A DNA stretch of 40,094 nucleotides from an uncultured Peptostreptococcaceae bacterium. Its GTDB lineage: Bacteria; Bacillota; Clostridia; Peptostreptococcales; Filifactoraceae. Made by a program: the position numbers and the translations under genes. Below are positions 18,594-29,414 of this stretch, piece by piece (within the stretch, counting starts at the first letter, position 1; each line of letters opens with the position of its first letter). The stretch covers positions 1 to 40,094 of the forward strand of contig CAZFTH010000001.1 in assembly GCA_964521745.1 (NCBI GenBank), in the 5' to 3' direction. The notes under the pieces were generated by a model. That model was given only the letters and a program-made list of their open reading frames with translations, did not search any database and was not told the DNA's origin.

Positions 18594-19971
18594 CCTATAC
18601 AATACTTTCGGATGTGAAACCAAGGAACAATTATATGAAAAGATGCAATCTGGCGCGGACGATATTCGTCCGCTTTTTGATTTTTTGGATTATGCTAAGG
18701 GTAGTTTAGTTTCAAAAGAAAAACCTATACAATCAGATCAAACATTTTATGAGTATGTAAGAAAAGTAGATAAACCTACAAAGGGCAAGGTTCAACTTTT
18801 ATTTGTAAACACAAAGAATATTCCTGTATACTCTACCAAAGTCTCTATAAATCATAGAGATGATATTAAAAGAGCAATATCTGAAGCTCTAAACGCTGGG
18901 GCATCAAGGGCCTTTCTAACTTATCATGATAAATCCACGAAAAAGAATGTTAGCAGGATTGATGAAATCCTTAAGTTTATAGGAATTGAAATGGTAGATA
19001 AAATGAAATATATAGAAGCTGATAATGAATTTATATCATATAGAAATGAGAACACTTTCTCTGGATTATATAATTATCCTGAGTATAAAGAAACTCTTTT
19101 TATTCATGAAGAAAACAATGAAATAAAAGATTTTTCTAGTTATGAGGACTATAATGAGTTTTCCAGCTTCCTAGCTGAACGAGAAAATCAAAACCTAAAT
19201 ATAATTACTGATATAGAAAAAATTAAAGCTAACCTAAAGCTTGGTTTTCAACATGAAAAACAAGAAATATTTGGATGCATATTATATGATGACGACTACA
19301 AAATACAAAAGTCTATAAATATATTCAAAGGTGGAGTATCCTCTAGCATTGTTGACCCTAGAATCTTATTTCAAGAGATTTTAAAAAACGAATCTGCCGG
19401 GTTTATTGTATATCATAATCATCCTAGTGGCACTACGAAACCTTCTAATGAAGATATGATTATAACTAAAAGAATTTCAACTATTTCTGAGCAATTAGGT
19501 CTTCAGTTTTGTGACCACTTTATAATAGGAAAAGAACAAATCCTTTCTTTTGCTAAAGAAGTTGATTCAATGCTATTTAATAACATTGACTACACTATAG
19601 ATGTTGTAAATGCAAAAGAATCAGGTAGCATCTACAAAGAACAATATAAAGATTTTGAAGATACTAAAAAAACTATATCAAACATGATATATAGCAATTA
19701 TGAAAATTATGTCAAATCTATTCTATCTTTAGAAAAAGGAATTGATGATATTAATATTTTAAATAAAGCTTTTGATATGTTCATGTCTGACGATTCTATG
19801 TTTTTACTTGATGAAAAAATAGATTCTCTAATTGAATTAGCTAAAAAATCAGTAGTTCTAGATAAAAAGAAAGATATAGCAAAAGAAAATATAAATGATA
19901 AAAGCAAAAATAAGTTGAGCAATAATGAAAAAATGTCTAAAGAAAGCAAAAAATTAGACCAAATCTTATAA
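18526..19971 (+). CDS. radC: RadC/JAB domain protein; true start probably near 18580
   Basis: HNHPSG..PS.ED and DHFIIG JAB motifs. Confidence 0.85.
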   Translation: MLKKLKSYLRCLIYHWKKVEKINLYNTFGCETKEQLYEKMQSGADDIRPLFDFLDYAKGSLVSKEKPIQSDQTFYEYVRKVDKPTKGKVQLLFVNTKNIPVYSTKVSINHRDDIKRAISEALNAGASRAFLTYHDKSTKKNVSRIDEILKFIGIEMVDKMKYIEADNEFISYRNENTFSGLYNYPEYKETLFIHEENNEIKDFSSYEDYNEFSSFLAERENQNLNIITDIEKIKANLKLGFQHEKQEIFGCILYDDDYKIQKSINIFKGGVSSSIVDPRILFQEILKNESAGFIVYHNHPSGTTKPSNEDMIITKRISTISEQLGLQFCDHFIIGKEQILSFAKEVDSMLFNNIDYTIDVVNAKESGSIYKEQYKDFEDTKKTISNMIYSNYENYVKSILSLEKGIDDINILNKAFDMFMSDDSMFLLDEKIDSLIELAKKSVVLDKKKDIAKENINDKSKNKLSNNEKMSKESKKLDQIL

Positions 19972-20014
19972 AAACTTTAAAACACTAATCTAAATGGTTA
20001 GTGTTTTAACTTTT
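19972..20014. repeat. inverted 8-bp repeat pair upstream of XRE gene
   Basis: AAAACACTAA...TTAGTGTTTT. Confidence 0.55.
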
Positions 20015-20028
20015 CTAAGGAGCTTACT

Positions 20029-20448
20029 ATGATATCAGGTGAGAAATTAAGAAAAATTAGACATTTAAGAAATATGACTCAAAAGGAAGTTGCTATCTTA
20101 TCGGGACTTACTCCAGCAGCTGTAAGAAACTATGAATTAGGAAATAGATCTCCAAGCAAAAAACAACTTGATAAAATTGCATTGGCTTTAAGCTGCAACC
20201 CATCTGCTATAACAGATTATAGCAACTATACTCTCTATGACATTATTCAAATAATTTTAGACTTTGAATCTGACTTTGGATTTGTCCCTTGCACTCAATC
20301 AGAAATTCCAAAACTTAAATCTAGTAGTGAAGTATTTAATGATTTTTTAAAGGACTGGAACGAAATTAGATTAAAAAAATATAATTATGAGATAACTGAA
20401 GACCAAATGATGGAATGGATAATCTCATACAGCCCAAAAAACCGATAA
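20029..20448 (+). CDS. XRE-family HTH regulator
   Basis: MTQKEVA...VRNYELGNRSP HTH_3 pattern. Confidence 0.9.
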   Translation: MISGEKLRKIRHLRNMTQKEVAILSGLTPAAVRNYELGNRSPSKKQLDKIALALSCNPSAITDYSNYTLYDIIQIILDFESDFGFVPCTQSEIPKLKSSSEVFNDFLKDWNEIRLKKYNYEITEDQMMEWIISYSPKNR

Positions 20449-20497
20449 ATTCCATAGGTTTTCATGGAACTATATTAAAAAACACTATTTTACTTTT

Positions 20498-20530
20498 TTG
20501 ACATTATAATGTTATAGTGTTATAATGTCA
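20498..20530 (+). promoter_or_regulatory. consensus sigma-A promoter covered by four 8-bp repeats
   Basis: TTGACA-17 bp-TATAAT with TG extension; TGACATTA TAATGTTA TAGTGTTA TAATGTCA. Confidence 0.85.
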
Positions 20531-20564
20531 CTAAATAAATATAGTGTTTTTCAGGAGGGAATAT

Positions 20565-23500
20565 ATGAGTGATAAGCTGAAAAAAACTATTGAAGAACTG
20601 AAAAAAAGAAAAGTTTCTATATATTCAAGCTCTAATGAGTTTAAAAAATTCTTAGATACTGCATCAAATCTGTATAAGTATTCTTTTGAAGAGCAGCTAT
20701 TAATATATTCTAAGAGACCCTCTGCAACAGCTTGTGCAGAGTACAGTTTATGGAATGAAAAAGTAAATAGGTATGTAAAAAAAGGAACAGAAGGTATTCC
20801 CCTTCTTAAAGAAGAAAATGGGAAATTGAAATTAAGATATGTGTTTGATGTTTCTGATACAAGATCTTTAACTAATACACCTTTTAAACTATGGGAATTT
20901 AATGAAGATATCCATAAAAAAGCAATGCTAAATATAAATAAAAAATATGGATTGCCTACTAAAACTATCCCTAAATCAGTAATTGAAATTGTATCAAAAG
21001 AAGTTGAGGGAAAAATTGATGAAATATATACCTTTCTACATCAAGACTTAGGTTTATCTATTAACTATGACAAAGATGCATTAAAAGAATTAATAGAAGA
21101 ATCTTCTTCATATATGATATTAAAAAGACTTGGATATGAACCTTTTGACTATCTATTAGAACAAAAACTTTCATATATTACATCTTTTGATACTGAAAAA
21201 TCAGTAACATATGTAAATAATCATATTCATTCAATCACAAAAGATATCCTTGTAGATATTGCAAAAGAAGTTCAAAGGATTGATTTACTTAACCTTAAAG
21301 CTCAAAGAGAAAAGGGAGGAATAGAAAATGTCAGAGAAGAAAATAGTAGAGATGGAAACAGGAAAGAAATATTATCTAGAGGACGAGATTTACACTCCGT
21401 TGGAGAAGGAGTCCCTATTCGAGAAGGACGGGGGGACATACTCTCTAGTGGGAGATTTTCTGATTCCCAACGAGTTTCTGGAAGAGGAGCAGCAGATAGA
21501 TATAGGGAAATGGGGACGAATGAGACTAGAGTATATAAAGAGCAACAAGAAAGCACTTTATTCAGCACTATTTCTAGATGGGGATCTGATTCCGAAAATG
21601 GCAGAATTCAACAAGAGCTGCGAGGAAATAGAAGAGACAATGATAGAGCAGCTCAAGAAAAAGAGAGAGATAACAGAGCAGCTCAAGAAGAAAGACCAGA
21701 TGCTTTGGGTACAAGAAATGAACAATATAAAAGATACAGTGGAAGAAATAATCAGGGACGAGATGGTTTACAGATAAAATCTGAACCTGAGCAAATAGGT
21801 TTTATAATAGATAAAATTAGAGCAGTAGGCATACAGCCTGCTGCTTTTTCTATGTCTCAAGATATTATTGATAAGGTGCTATCTACTGGATATAACGAAA
21901 AACAATCAAATATTGATATCTGTGCCTTTTATAAAAAAGACTACCCATCTGAAAGAAATATTGAGTATTTAAAAGAGAAATTCAAAGGCGGTAAAGGCTT
22001 AGTTATTGATAATACTAAAATAGCTGTTTGGTACAGCGAAGCTGGAATAGATATAGCTTATGGTAATAAAGCTCAAGTATCATCTAAAATTAGTCTTTCA
22101 TGGAGCGAAGCTGACAAAAGAATCAAAGAGATGCTTATTCAAGGAGATTTTTTACCTGAAGAAGACCTTGAAAAAGTTGATACCTATGAAATTGAGAAAA
22201 TATCAAGTAAGGTATTTTTCACATATCGTGACTATTTAGAAGAAGAACCTGAGTTTTTAGGTAGTTTACTAAATAACTTTCCTAAAGCTATAGAAAATAT
22301 TAAGGAAAAACTAAAAGATACTGAAAAAGTAAATGACATAATATCAGACTTAGAAATAAAACTTGAAGAAGAAAAAATAAAGAATCCTAGAAAATATAAC
22401 ACCTACACTTCCCATAAAAACCTTATTGAAGACCTAAAAGGACTGACTCTTCCCCAACTAGATTTTTCATCAAATAAAGAAAAAGCAGAAAGAATAAAAA
22501 TGTTTGTTACAGAAGATGAAATAGATAAATATTTAGTCGATAAAGTATCCACCTTTAACATTATTGATTTTTACATTGAAAACATTGACTCATCAGAAAA
22601 AGAGAAATTTATTAAAGATACATTTGGAACTGGTGGCCACAACTATGCCCTTTCTCATGCTGATAATACCTATGCAGATTACAGAAATAATGGCTTAGTT
22701 CTTTCTCGTGGCATTTTAAATCCTGATGATAAGAGATTTTTAAGATGGAATGAAGTTATTAAAAGAATTGATAGACTTATAGATGAAAAAGTATTTGATA
22801 AATATATTGATAATATAGATATAAATGAAGAAATTTCACAAAATCAATCCGAAGAATCTATTAAAGATAAAATATCAGATAGTCCAAAGAATAAAGTTAT
22901 TGATGAAATATTAAATAATTACTATTCCACTAATTCAGATGATTCCTTAGATAATTTAAATAAAGAAATAAATCTAGATAAACCTATAGATTCTAAATAT
23001 ATAGAACTTAAAGAAAATCTTAAAAACTATATTCTTACTGAAGATACTCCCCTATCTCCTAAAGAGCATCTAAGAAATAATATAGAGGCTATTAAGATTC
23101 TTAAATCATTAGAAAATGAAGAAAGACTTCCAAGTGATATAGAAAAGAATGCTTTGTCGAAATTTGTCGGCTTTGGTGGTCTTTCTGATGCGTTTGATTC
23201 TGGCTCTAAAAACTATAGAGAAGAATATAGTGAACTGCTTGAGCTACTCTCCCCTACTGAGTATGAAAATCTTAGAAGCTCTGTTTTAACTTCTTTTTAT
23301 ACTCCATCAGATGTAATCCTTCCTATATATGAAGCTCTTGAGAATATGGGTTTTAAGGAAGGAAAAATCTTAGAAACTTCTTGTGGAACTGGAAAATTCA
23401 TAGGACATTTGCCTGAAAGTATGAAAAATAGCAAGTTCTATGGTGTAGAGCTAGACAGTATCACTGGAAAAATAGCAAGTTATCTATATCCAGAATCAGA

Positions 23501-26500
23501 TATTCAAATAAAAGGATATGAAAATACAAAATTTGAAAATAATACCTTTGATTTAGCTATAGGAAACGTCCCTTTCGGGCAATACAAAGTAAATGATAAA
23601 GAATATAATCATTTAAACTTCTTTATTCACGACTATTTCTTCGCTAAAACACTTGATAAGGTAAGGCCTGGTGGAATTGTAGCTTTAGTAACTTCAAAAG
23701 GAACACTTGATAAACAAGATAGCAAACTTAGAGAGCTTTTATCTGAAAAGGCTAACCTTGTTGGAGCCGTTAGGCTTCCTAATAATGCCTTTAAAAATAC
23801 TGGAACTAAAGTAACTTCAGATATAATATTTCTTCAAAAGAAAACTGATGAAGAGATAGGAATGAATGAAGGAAAGAATAACTTTATAAATCTTAAATCA
23901 GATGAAAATGGAATCTTAATGAATGAGTATTTTGCAGATAATCCCCATATGATTCTTGGTGAAATGAAGGAAATATCCTCTCAATTTGGATTTGATACTG
24001 CTTGCATTGCACCTGATGGCCAGGATTTGAAAAAATCCTTGTCGGCAGCTATTAGTTTTCTAAGTCTTGATAATGAATTTGAAAACAAAAGTATAGATGA
24101 AATTGTAGAAAATGAAGTTATAACAGAAAAAGTTGATTTTGAAAACATAAGAAACTATAGCTATTTTATTGAAAATGGTGAAGCATTTTTTAAGGAAAAT
24201 AATAAAGCTATACCTATAGAGGATATAGATATTGGGAAACTAAAGTCATTAATTGATATTAGGGATACTTTAAGAGAACTCATTGAATATCAAAAAAATG
24301 ATTATAGTGAGGTTGATATACTATATAAGCAAAAGGAATTAAATAAGCTTTATGATGATTTTTCTAAAAAACATGGATATATAAATTCAAGAGCCAATAA
24401 AAAGATTTTCAAAGATGATTCCGCTTATCCCCTTCTTTGCTCTTTAGAAGAATTTGATAATGATGGAAATTATACTGCAAAGGCTGACATATTTTCTAAA
24501 AGAACTATAAAGCCACATATAGAGCCTACTAAGGCTGATAATTCTAATGAAGCTCTATATATTTCTATGACTGAAAAAGGAAAAATAGATTTAGAGTATA
24601 TGCAAAGCCTAACTTCTTACCCTAAAGAAAAAATAATTGAAGATTTAAGTAATCATATATTCTTAGACCCTACTTCAATTAATGAAAATATCTATGAAAA
24701 TGCTTTTAAAACTGCTGATGAATATCTTTCTGGAGATGTTAAGGAAAAATTAGATATTGTATCCGGCAGGATATCAACTGAGCTTTCAAAAGAGGATTAT
24801 CCTAATAAAGAAAGGATAATTTCTCTACTTCAAAGAAGTAAGGCAGCTCTTGAAAAGGTACAGCCTAAAGACCTTACTGCTGATGAAATATATATAAAGC
24901 TTGGTAGTATATGGATTCCGCCGAGCATTATAAAGGACTTTATAACAGATACTTTAAAACCTAGTTATTTTGTAAAGTTTGAAATAGAGGTTTCATATAG
25001 TGAATATACTTCCAAGTGGAATATATCAGGAAAAAACAAAGATTATCATAATGTTTTTGTTCATAAAACCTATGGGACAGAGCGAATAAATGCATATAGC
25101 ATCATTGAAGATACTCTCAATCTAAAAGATGTGAAAATTTATGATAGAGTTGTGGTTGATGGAGCTGAAAAGTCTGTATTAAATCAAAAAGAGACAATGC
25201 TTGCAAGGCAAAAGCAGGAAGAAATAAAATCTGAATTTACATCTTGGGTATGGAATGATTCAGATAGAAGGTATAAGCTCACTAAGATATATAATGATAG
25301 ATTCAATAATATAGTAACTAGAGAATTTGATGGTAGTCATCTAACCTTTCCAGGAATGAATACAGAAACAAAATTAAGGGACTATCAGAAAAATGCTGTG
25401 GCAAGGACTCTATTTGGAGGAAATACTCTTTTAGCCCACGTAGTTGGAGCCGGCAAAACCTATGAAATGGTGGCAAGTGCTATGGAAAGTAAAAGACTAG
25501 GACTAACAAACAAGAGTCTTTTTGTTGTCCCTAATCATCTTACTGAGCAATGGGGAAATGATTTTTTAAAGCTATACCCTTCTGCTGAAATTCTTGTTGC
25601 TAAAAAAGAAGATTTTAACCCCCATAATCGTAAAAAGTTTTGTAGTAGAATTGCTACAGGAAATTATGATGCCGTGATAATTGGACATACTCAGTTTGAG
25701 AGAATTCCAATGAGTAGAGAGTTTCAAGAAGAAACAGTAAGAAAAGAAATAAATGAAATAACAAGTGCTATAAAGGATATAAAAGCTGAAAGTGGTGCAA
25801 GATTCACTGTAAAGCAAATGGAAATGACTAAGAAGAAATTAGAAACAAGACTTGAAAAACTAATGTCTACAGAAAGAAAGGACGATACTGTAAGTTTTGA
25901 AGAACTTGGAATAGATAAAATCTATGTTGATGAATCCCATTACTATAAAAACCTATTTCTATACACTAAAATGCAAAATGTAGCAGGAATTACCACTACA
26001 GAAGCTCAAAAGTCTAGTGATATGTATATGAAGTGTAGATTTCTAGACCAAAAAACAGGAGGAAAAGGGATAGTATTTGCATCAGGAACTCCAGTATCAA
26101 ACTCAATGAGCGAGCTTTATACAGTGCAAAGATATTTACAGTATAATACCCTTCAAAAAGCTGGACTTGCCCACTTTGATTCCTGGGCATCAACTTTTGG
26201 TGAAACTGTATCGGCTATTGAACTTGCTCCCGAAGGGACTGGATACAGAATGAAAACAAGATTTTCTAAGTTTTCAAATATTCCTGAGCTTATGAATCTC
26301 TTTAAAGAAGTTGCTGACATTAAAACAGGAGAATCTTTAAACCTTCCAGTACCTAAAGTCAATTATCATAACGTTACTGTCCCTGCTAGTGAAATACAAG
26401 TGGAGCTTGTAAATCAGCTTGCTAAAAGAGCTGAAAAAGTTAGAAATAAAGCAGTAGACCCTAGTATTGATAATATGCTAAATATCACAAATGATGGTAG

Positions 26501-27932
26501 AAAGCTTGCTATGGACCAAAGACTTATAGATGAATCTCTTCCAGATAATCAAAATGGCAAAATAGCTCACTGCGTTGCAAATACCTTTAACCTTTGGGAT
26601 AAACACAAGAAAGAAAAACTTACCCAACTAATCTTTTGTGACCTTTCTACGCCTAAAAAAGAAGGTTTTAGTGTATATAACGTTATTAAAGACAAACTCC
26701 TTGAAAAAGGAATACCTGAAAAAGAAATATCATTTATCCATGATGCAAACACTGATAAAGCTAAAGATGAGCTGTTTTCAAAGGTTCGCTCTGGTGAAGT
26801 TAGAGTTCTCCTTGGCTCTACTCCCAAAATGGGAGCTGGAACAAATGTCCAGGATAAATTAATAGCTATTCATGATTTAGATGTTCCCTATCGTCCTTCG
26901 GACTTAGAACAAAGAGCTGGAAGAATAATTCGTCCTGGTAATAAAAATGAAGAAGTAAATATATTTAGGTATGTTACAGAAAAAACCTTTGATGCATATA
27001 TTTACCAGCTTGTAGAAAATAAGCAAAGGTTTATATCCCAGATAATGACTAATAAAACTCCTGTTAGAGTTGCTGAGGATATTGATGAAGCTACATTATC
27101 TTATGCAGAAATTAAAGCACTTGCCGCAGGCAATCCAGAAATAAAAGAAAAAATGACACTTGATGTTGACGTAGCTAAACTTAAAATGCTTAAAGCTAAT
27201 CATCTTAGTCAAAAGTTTAGACTTGAGGATATGCTTGTAAAAGTCTACCCTCAAAAAATAACTAGACTTCAAGATGAACTTATTAAGTATGATAAAGACT
27301 TGTCTTCATATGAAAGCCATATAAAAAATAAGGAAAGTGGAAAGTTTGAGATAATCCTTGATGGAAAAGTTTATACAGATAAAGAAATTGCTGGAGAAAA
27401 AATTAAAGAATTATCCAGAAAAGGAACTACTGAACCTACTAAAATAGGTTCATATGGTAATTTTGAACTTCTAACAAACTTTGATATGCTAACTAGAGAA
27501 TACCACCTAGTGCTTAAAAATGAGCTTTCCTACCCTACTACACTTGGAGCAGATCCTATAGGAAATATAACTAGACTTGATAATGCACTTAATAGAATGA
27601 TTGAACGAAAGGATAAAACAAAGGCTGAACTAGATGATACCTTCACTCAAATTGAAAATGCAAAACAAGAAATAGATAAACCTTTCAAATATGAAGATAC
27701 TCTCAAAGAAAAAGAATCAAGATTAGCAGAGCTTAATGCAATCTTAGATATGGAAAACAATGCTCCTACTCAAGATCTTGAAAATGAAGAAATCACAAAG
27801 GAAAAAGACTTAGATAATGACGGAGTGCCTGATAGAATTGATATCAACGATAATGATAATAGTGTTCAGACAGTTGAAGATTTGGATAAAAGAGATAAGA
27901 AACATAAAGAAAATTATATCTCATTTGATTAA
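20565..27932 (+). CDS. DarB-like N6 methyltransferase-SNF2 helicase with ArdC-like N-terminus
   Basis: AGGAGG RBS before ATG 20565; ETSCGTGKF and GNVPF methylase motifs; VVGAGKT, VDESH and QRAGR helicase motifs. Confidence 0.9.
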   Translation: MSDKLKKTIEELKKRKVSIYSSSNEFKKFLDTASNLYKYSFEEQLLIYSKRPSATACAEYSLWNEKVNRYVKKGTEGIPLLKEENGKLKLRYVFDVSDTRSLTNTPFKLWEFNEDIHKKAMLNINKKYGLPTKTIPKSVIEIVSKEVEGKIDEIYTFLHQDLGLSINYDKDALKELIEESSSYMILKRLGYEPFDYLLEQKLSYITSFDTEKSVTYVNNHIHSITKDILVDIAKEVQRIDLLNLKAQREKGGIENVREENSRDGNRKEILSRGRDLHSVGEGVPIREGRGDILSSGRFSDSQRVSGRGAADRYREMGTNETRVYKEQQESTLFSTISRWGSDSENGRIQQELRGNRRDNDRAAQEKERDNRAAQEERPDALGTRNEQYKRYSGRNNQGRDGLQIKSEPEQIGFIIDKIRAVGIQPAAFSMSQDIIDKVLSTGYNEKQSNIDICAFYKKDYPSERNIEYLKEKFKGGKGLVIDNTKIAVWYSEAGIDIAYGNKAQVSSKISLSWSEADKRIKEMLIQGDFLPEEDLEKVDTYEIEKISSKVFFTYRDYLEEEPEFLGSLLNNFPKAIENIKEKLKDTEKVNDIISDLEIKLEEEKIKNPRKYNTYTSHKNLIEDLKGLTLPQLDFSSNKEKAERIKMFVTEDEIDKYLVDKVSTFNIIDFYIENIDSSEKEKFIKDTFGTGGHNYALSHADNTYADYRNNGLVLSRGILNPDDKRFLRWNEVIKRIDRLIDEKVFDKYIDNIDINEEISQNQSEESIKDKISDSPKNKVIDEILNNYYSTNSDDSLDNLNKEINLDKPIDSKYIELKENLKNYILTEDTPLSPKEHLRNNIEAIKILKSLENEERLPSDIEKNALSKFVGFGGLSDAFDSGSKNYREEYSELLELLSPTEYENLRSSVLTSFYTPSDVILPIYEALENMGFKEGKILETSCGTGKFIGHLPESMKNSKFYGVELDSITGKIASYLYPESDIQIKGYENTKFENNTFDLAIGNVPFGQYKVNDKEYNHLNFFIHDYFFAKTLDKVRPGGIVALVTSKGTLDKQDSKLRELLSEKANLVGAVRLPNNAFKNTGTKVTSDIIFLQKKTDEEIGMNEGKNNFINLKSDENGILMNEYFADNPHMILGEMKEISSQFGFDTACIAPDGQDLKKSLSAAISFLSLDNEFENKSIDEIVENEVITEKVDFENIRNYSYFIENGEAFFKENNKAIPIEDIDIGKLKSLIDIRDTLRELIEYQKNDYSEVDILYKQKELNKLYDDFSKKHGYINSRANKKIFKDDSAYPLLCSLEEFDNDGNYTAKADIFSKRTIKPHIEPTKADNSNEALYISMTEKGKIDLEYMQSLTSYPKEKIIEDLSNHIFLDPTSINENIYENAFKTADEYLSGDVKEKLDIVSGRISTELSKEDYPNKERIISLLQRSKAALEKVQPKDLTADEIYIKLGSIWIPPSIIKDFITDTLKPSYFVKFEIEVSYSEYTSKWNISGKNKDYHNVFVHKTYGTERINAYSIIEDTLNLKDVKIYDRVVVDGAEKSVLNQKETMLARQKQEEIKSEFTSWVWNDSDRRYKLTKIYNDRFNNIVTREFDGSHLTFPGMNTETKLRDYQKNAVARTLFGGNTLLAHVVGAGKTYEMVASAMESKRLGLTNKSLFVVPNHLTEQWGNDFLKLYPSAEILVAKKEDFNPHNRKKFCSRIATGNYDAVIIGHTQFERIPMSREFQEETVRKEINEITSAIKDIKAESGARFTVKQMEMTKKKLETRLEKLMSTERKDDTVSFEELGIDKIYVDESHYYKNLFLYTKMQNVAGITTTEAQKSSDMYMKCRFLDQKTGGKGIVFASGTPVSNSMSELYTVQRYLQYNTLQKAGLAHFDSWASTFGETVSAIELAPEGTGYRMKTRFSKFSNIPELMNLFKEVADIKTGESLNLPVPKVNYHNVTVPASEIQVELVNQLAKRAEKVRNKAVDPSIDNMLNITNDGRKLAMDQRLIDESLPDNQNGKIAHCVANTFNLWDKHKKEKLTQLIFCDLSTPKKEGFSVYNVIKDKLLEKGIPEKEISFIHDANTDKAKDELFSKVRSGEVRVLLGSTPKMGAGTNVQDKLIAIHDLDVPYRPSDLEQRAGRIIRPGNKNEEVNIFRYVTEKTFDAYIYQLVENKQRFISQIMTNKTPVRVAEDIDEATLSYAEIKALAAGNPEIKEKMTLDVDVAKLKMLKANHLSQKFRLEDMLVKVYPQKITRLQDELIKYDKDLSSYESHIKNKESGKFEIILDGKVYTDKEIAGEKIKELSRKGTTEPTKIGSYGNFELLTNFDMLTREYHLVLKNELSYPTTLGADPIGNITRLDNALNRMIERKDKTKAELDDTFTQIENAKQEIDKPFKYEDTLKEKESRLAELNAILDMENNAPTQDLENEEITKEKDLDNDGVPDRIDINDNDNSVQTVEDLDKRDKKHKENYISFD
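21328..21777 (+). CDS. tnpV: TnpV-family protein nested in the +1 frame of the helicase gene
   Basis: GGGAGG RBS at 21314; SLFEKDGGTYSLVGDFLIP, IGKWGRMRLEY and DQMLWVQEMNNI match the TnpV pattern as I recall it. Confidence 0.8.
   Translation: MSEKKIVEMETGKKYYLEDEIYTPLEKESLFEKDGGTYSLVGDFLIPNEFLEEEQQIDIGKWGRMRLEYIKSNKKALYSALFLDGDLIPKMAEFNKSCEEIEETMIEQLKKKREITEQLKKKDQMLWVQEMNNIKDTVEEIIRDEMVYR
21821..21849 (+). terminator. intragenic intrinsic terminator after tnpV
   Basis: AGCAGTAGGC-ATACA-GCCTGCTGCT then T run. Confidence 0.65.
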
Positions 27933-28076
27933 TTATTAGCTTAGTTCAGTAGTGTAAAATGATTTGTGTTTTATCCTCTGAATTGGGATAATCATAAGAA
28001 AGTTTGATGATTGAAAGAAAAGTTTTAAGAGCTAAATATTAATCATCAATTTAAAAACATTGAAACATAACGACAG

Positions 28077-28114
28077 AAAGGCTGTCAAGAGGCTTCATTT
28101 CTTGACAGCCTTTT
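28077..28114. terminator. hairpin downstream of the transposase
   Basis: AAAGGCTGTCAAGA/TCTTGACAGCCTTT. Confidence 0.6.
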
Positions 28115-28124
28115 AATATACAAT

Positions 28125-29347
28125 TTAAATCTCTATTCTTCCTTCAAAATAGATAGCTAAGTGATTTAATATATAATCCCAATTTCTAATTCTAGATGTC
28201 CATTTCGAAGTAGAATCCAGCATTGCAAGGTAAAGACTCTTCGAAAGAGCAGTATCACCTTTAATATAGATTTGCTCTTTGTTACCTTTCTAAGCTGCCT
28301 ATTAAAATTTTCCATAGCATTTGTAGTATAAATTATGGTTCTAACCTCTTGAGGATACTTAAAGTAAGAAGAAAGATGAGCCCAATTACTTTGCCAAGAA
28401 TTCACACAAGAAGGATACTTTTTATTCCATTTTTCAGAAAATACATCTAAATTATGTTCAGCCACATCAAGGCTAGTCGCCTTATATACATCTTTAAGAT
28501 CTTTTACAAGTTCTTTTTTATCTTTGTAATTAACATACCTCGTAGAGCTTCTTATTTGATGAATTATGCAGCGCTGTATTTCCGTTTTAGGAAAGACAGC
28601 ATGAATAGCATCAGAAAAGCCACTTAAACCGTCTATCGACGAGATAAGGATATCCTTAACCCCACGATTTTTAAGTTCATTAATTACAGTTAGCCAAAAC
28701 TTAGAAGACTCATTTTCTAAAGCCCACATACCTAAAACATCCTTATTTCCCTCAATATCTATACCGATAATGATGTATACGGCTTTTTTAGCAATTACAC
28801 CATCTTGCTTGACATTGTAGTGTATAGCATCTAAAAATATTATTGAGTAGACCTCTTGAAGAGGCCTGTTTTGCCACTCAGTTATTGTAGGTAATATTTT
28901 ATTAGTTATTTGAGATACAAGGCTTTCAGAAACAGAAAAACCATATATATCTTAAACATGCTTTGATATATCTCTTACAGTCATACCCTTGCCATACATG
29001 GAAATTATTTGTTCTTCAATGTGAGAAATATCAGTTTGATACTTCTTAACAACCTTCGGTTCAAATTCACCATATCTATCTCTAGGGACATTTATTGGTA
29101 CAGCGCCAGCTTTTGATTTAAGAACCTTTGTACTGTAGCCATTTCTGGAATTTAAAGCCGCCTCAGGCTTATCTCCCTTAGGGTAACCAATTTGACTTTC
29201 AAGCTCAGTTTCAAGCATTTGAAGAGTAGTTTCGCCAAGCATATCCTTGAGACTTTCATAGATGTCTTCGACAGATTCAGGCTGATAAAGTTCAATAAAT
29301 TTTTGAATAGCTTCCCTTCGCTTCGGATTTCTTTTGATTTTAGCCAT
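28125..29347 (-). pseudogene. IS256 transposase pseudogene
   Basis: RNGY, VPRDR, FLDA, QRCIIHQ and TTNAME motifs; in-frame TAA at 28952-28954; frameshift near 28260. Confidence 0.9.
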
Positions 29348-29414
29348 AATTAAAATACCTCTAGATTGATTATATTTTATCTCAATCCAGAGGTATTATC
29401 ATACACAAAATTAT

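Noticed and set aside
21644-21688. AGAGCAGCTCAAGAA repeated 30 nt apart
   Set aside because: Explained by the repeated EQLKKK in the nested TnpV coding sequence
2765-26827. Short minus-strand ORFs opposite repA, virD4, virB6, virB4, hydrolase, SLH, radC and helicase genes
   Set aside because: Antisense shadows of well-supported genes with no recognisable motifs
26638-26862. Second out-of-frame ORF inside the helicase gene
   Set aside because: No RBS or family motif, and the host frame is conserved helicase core
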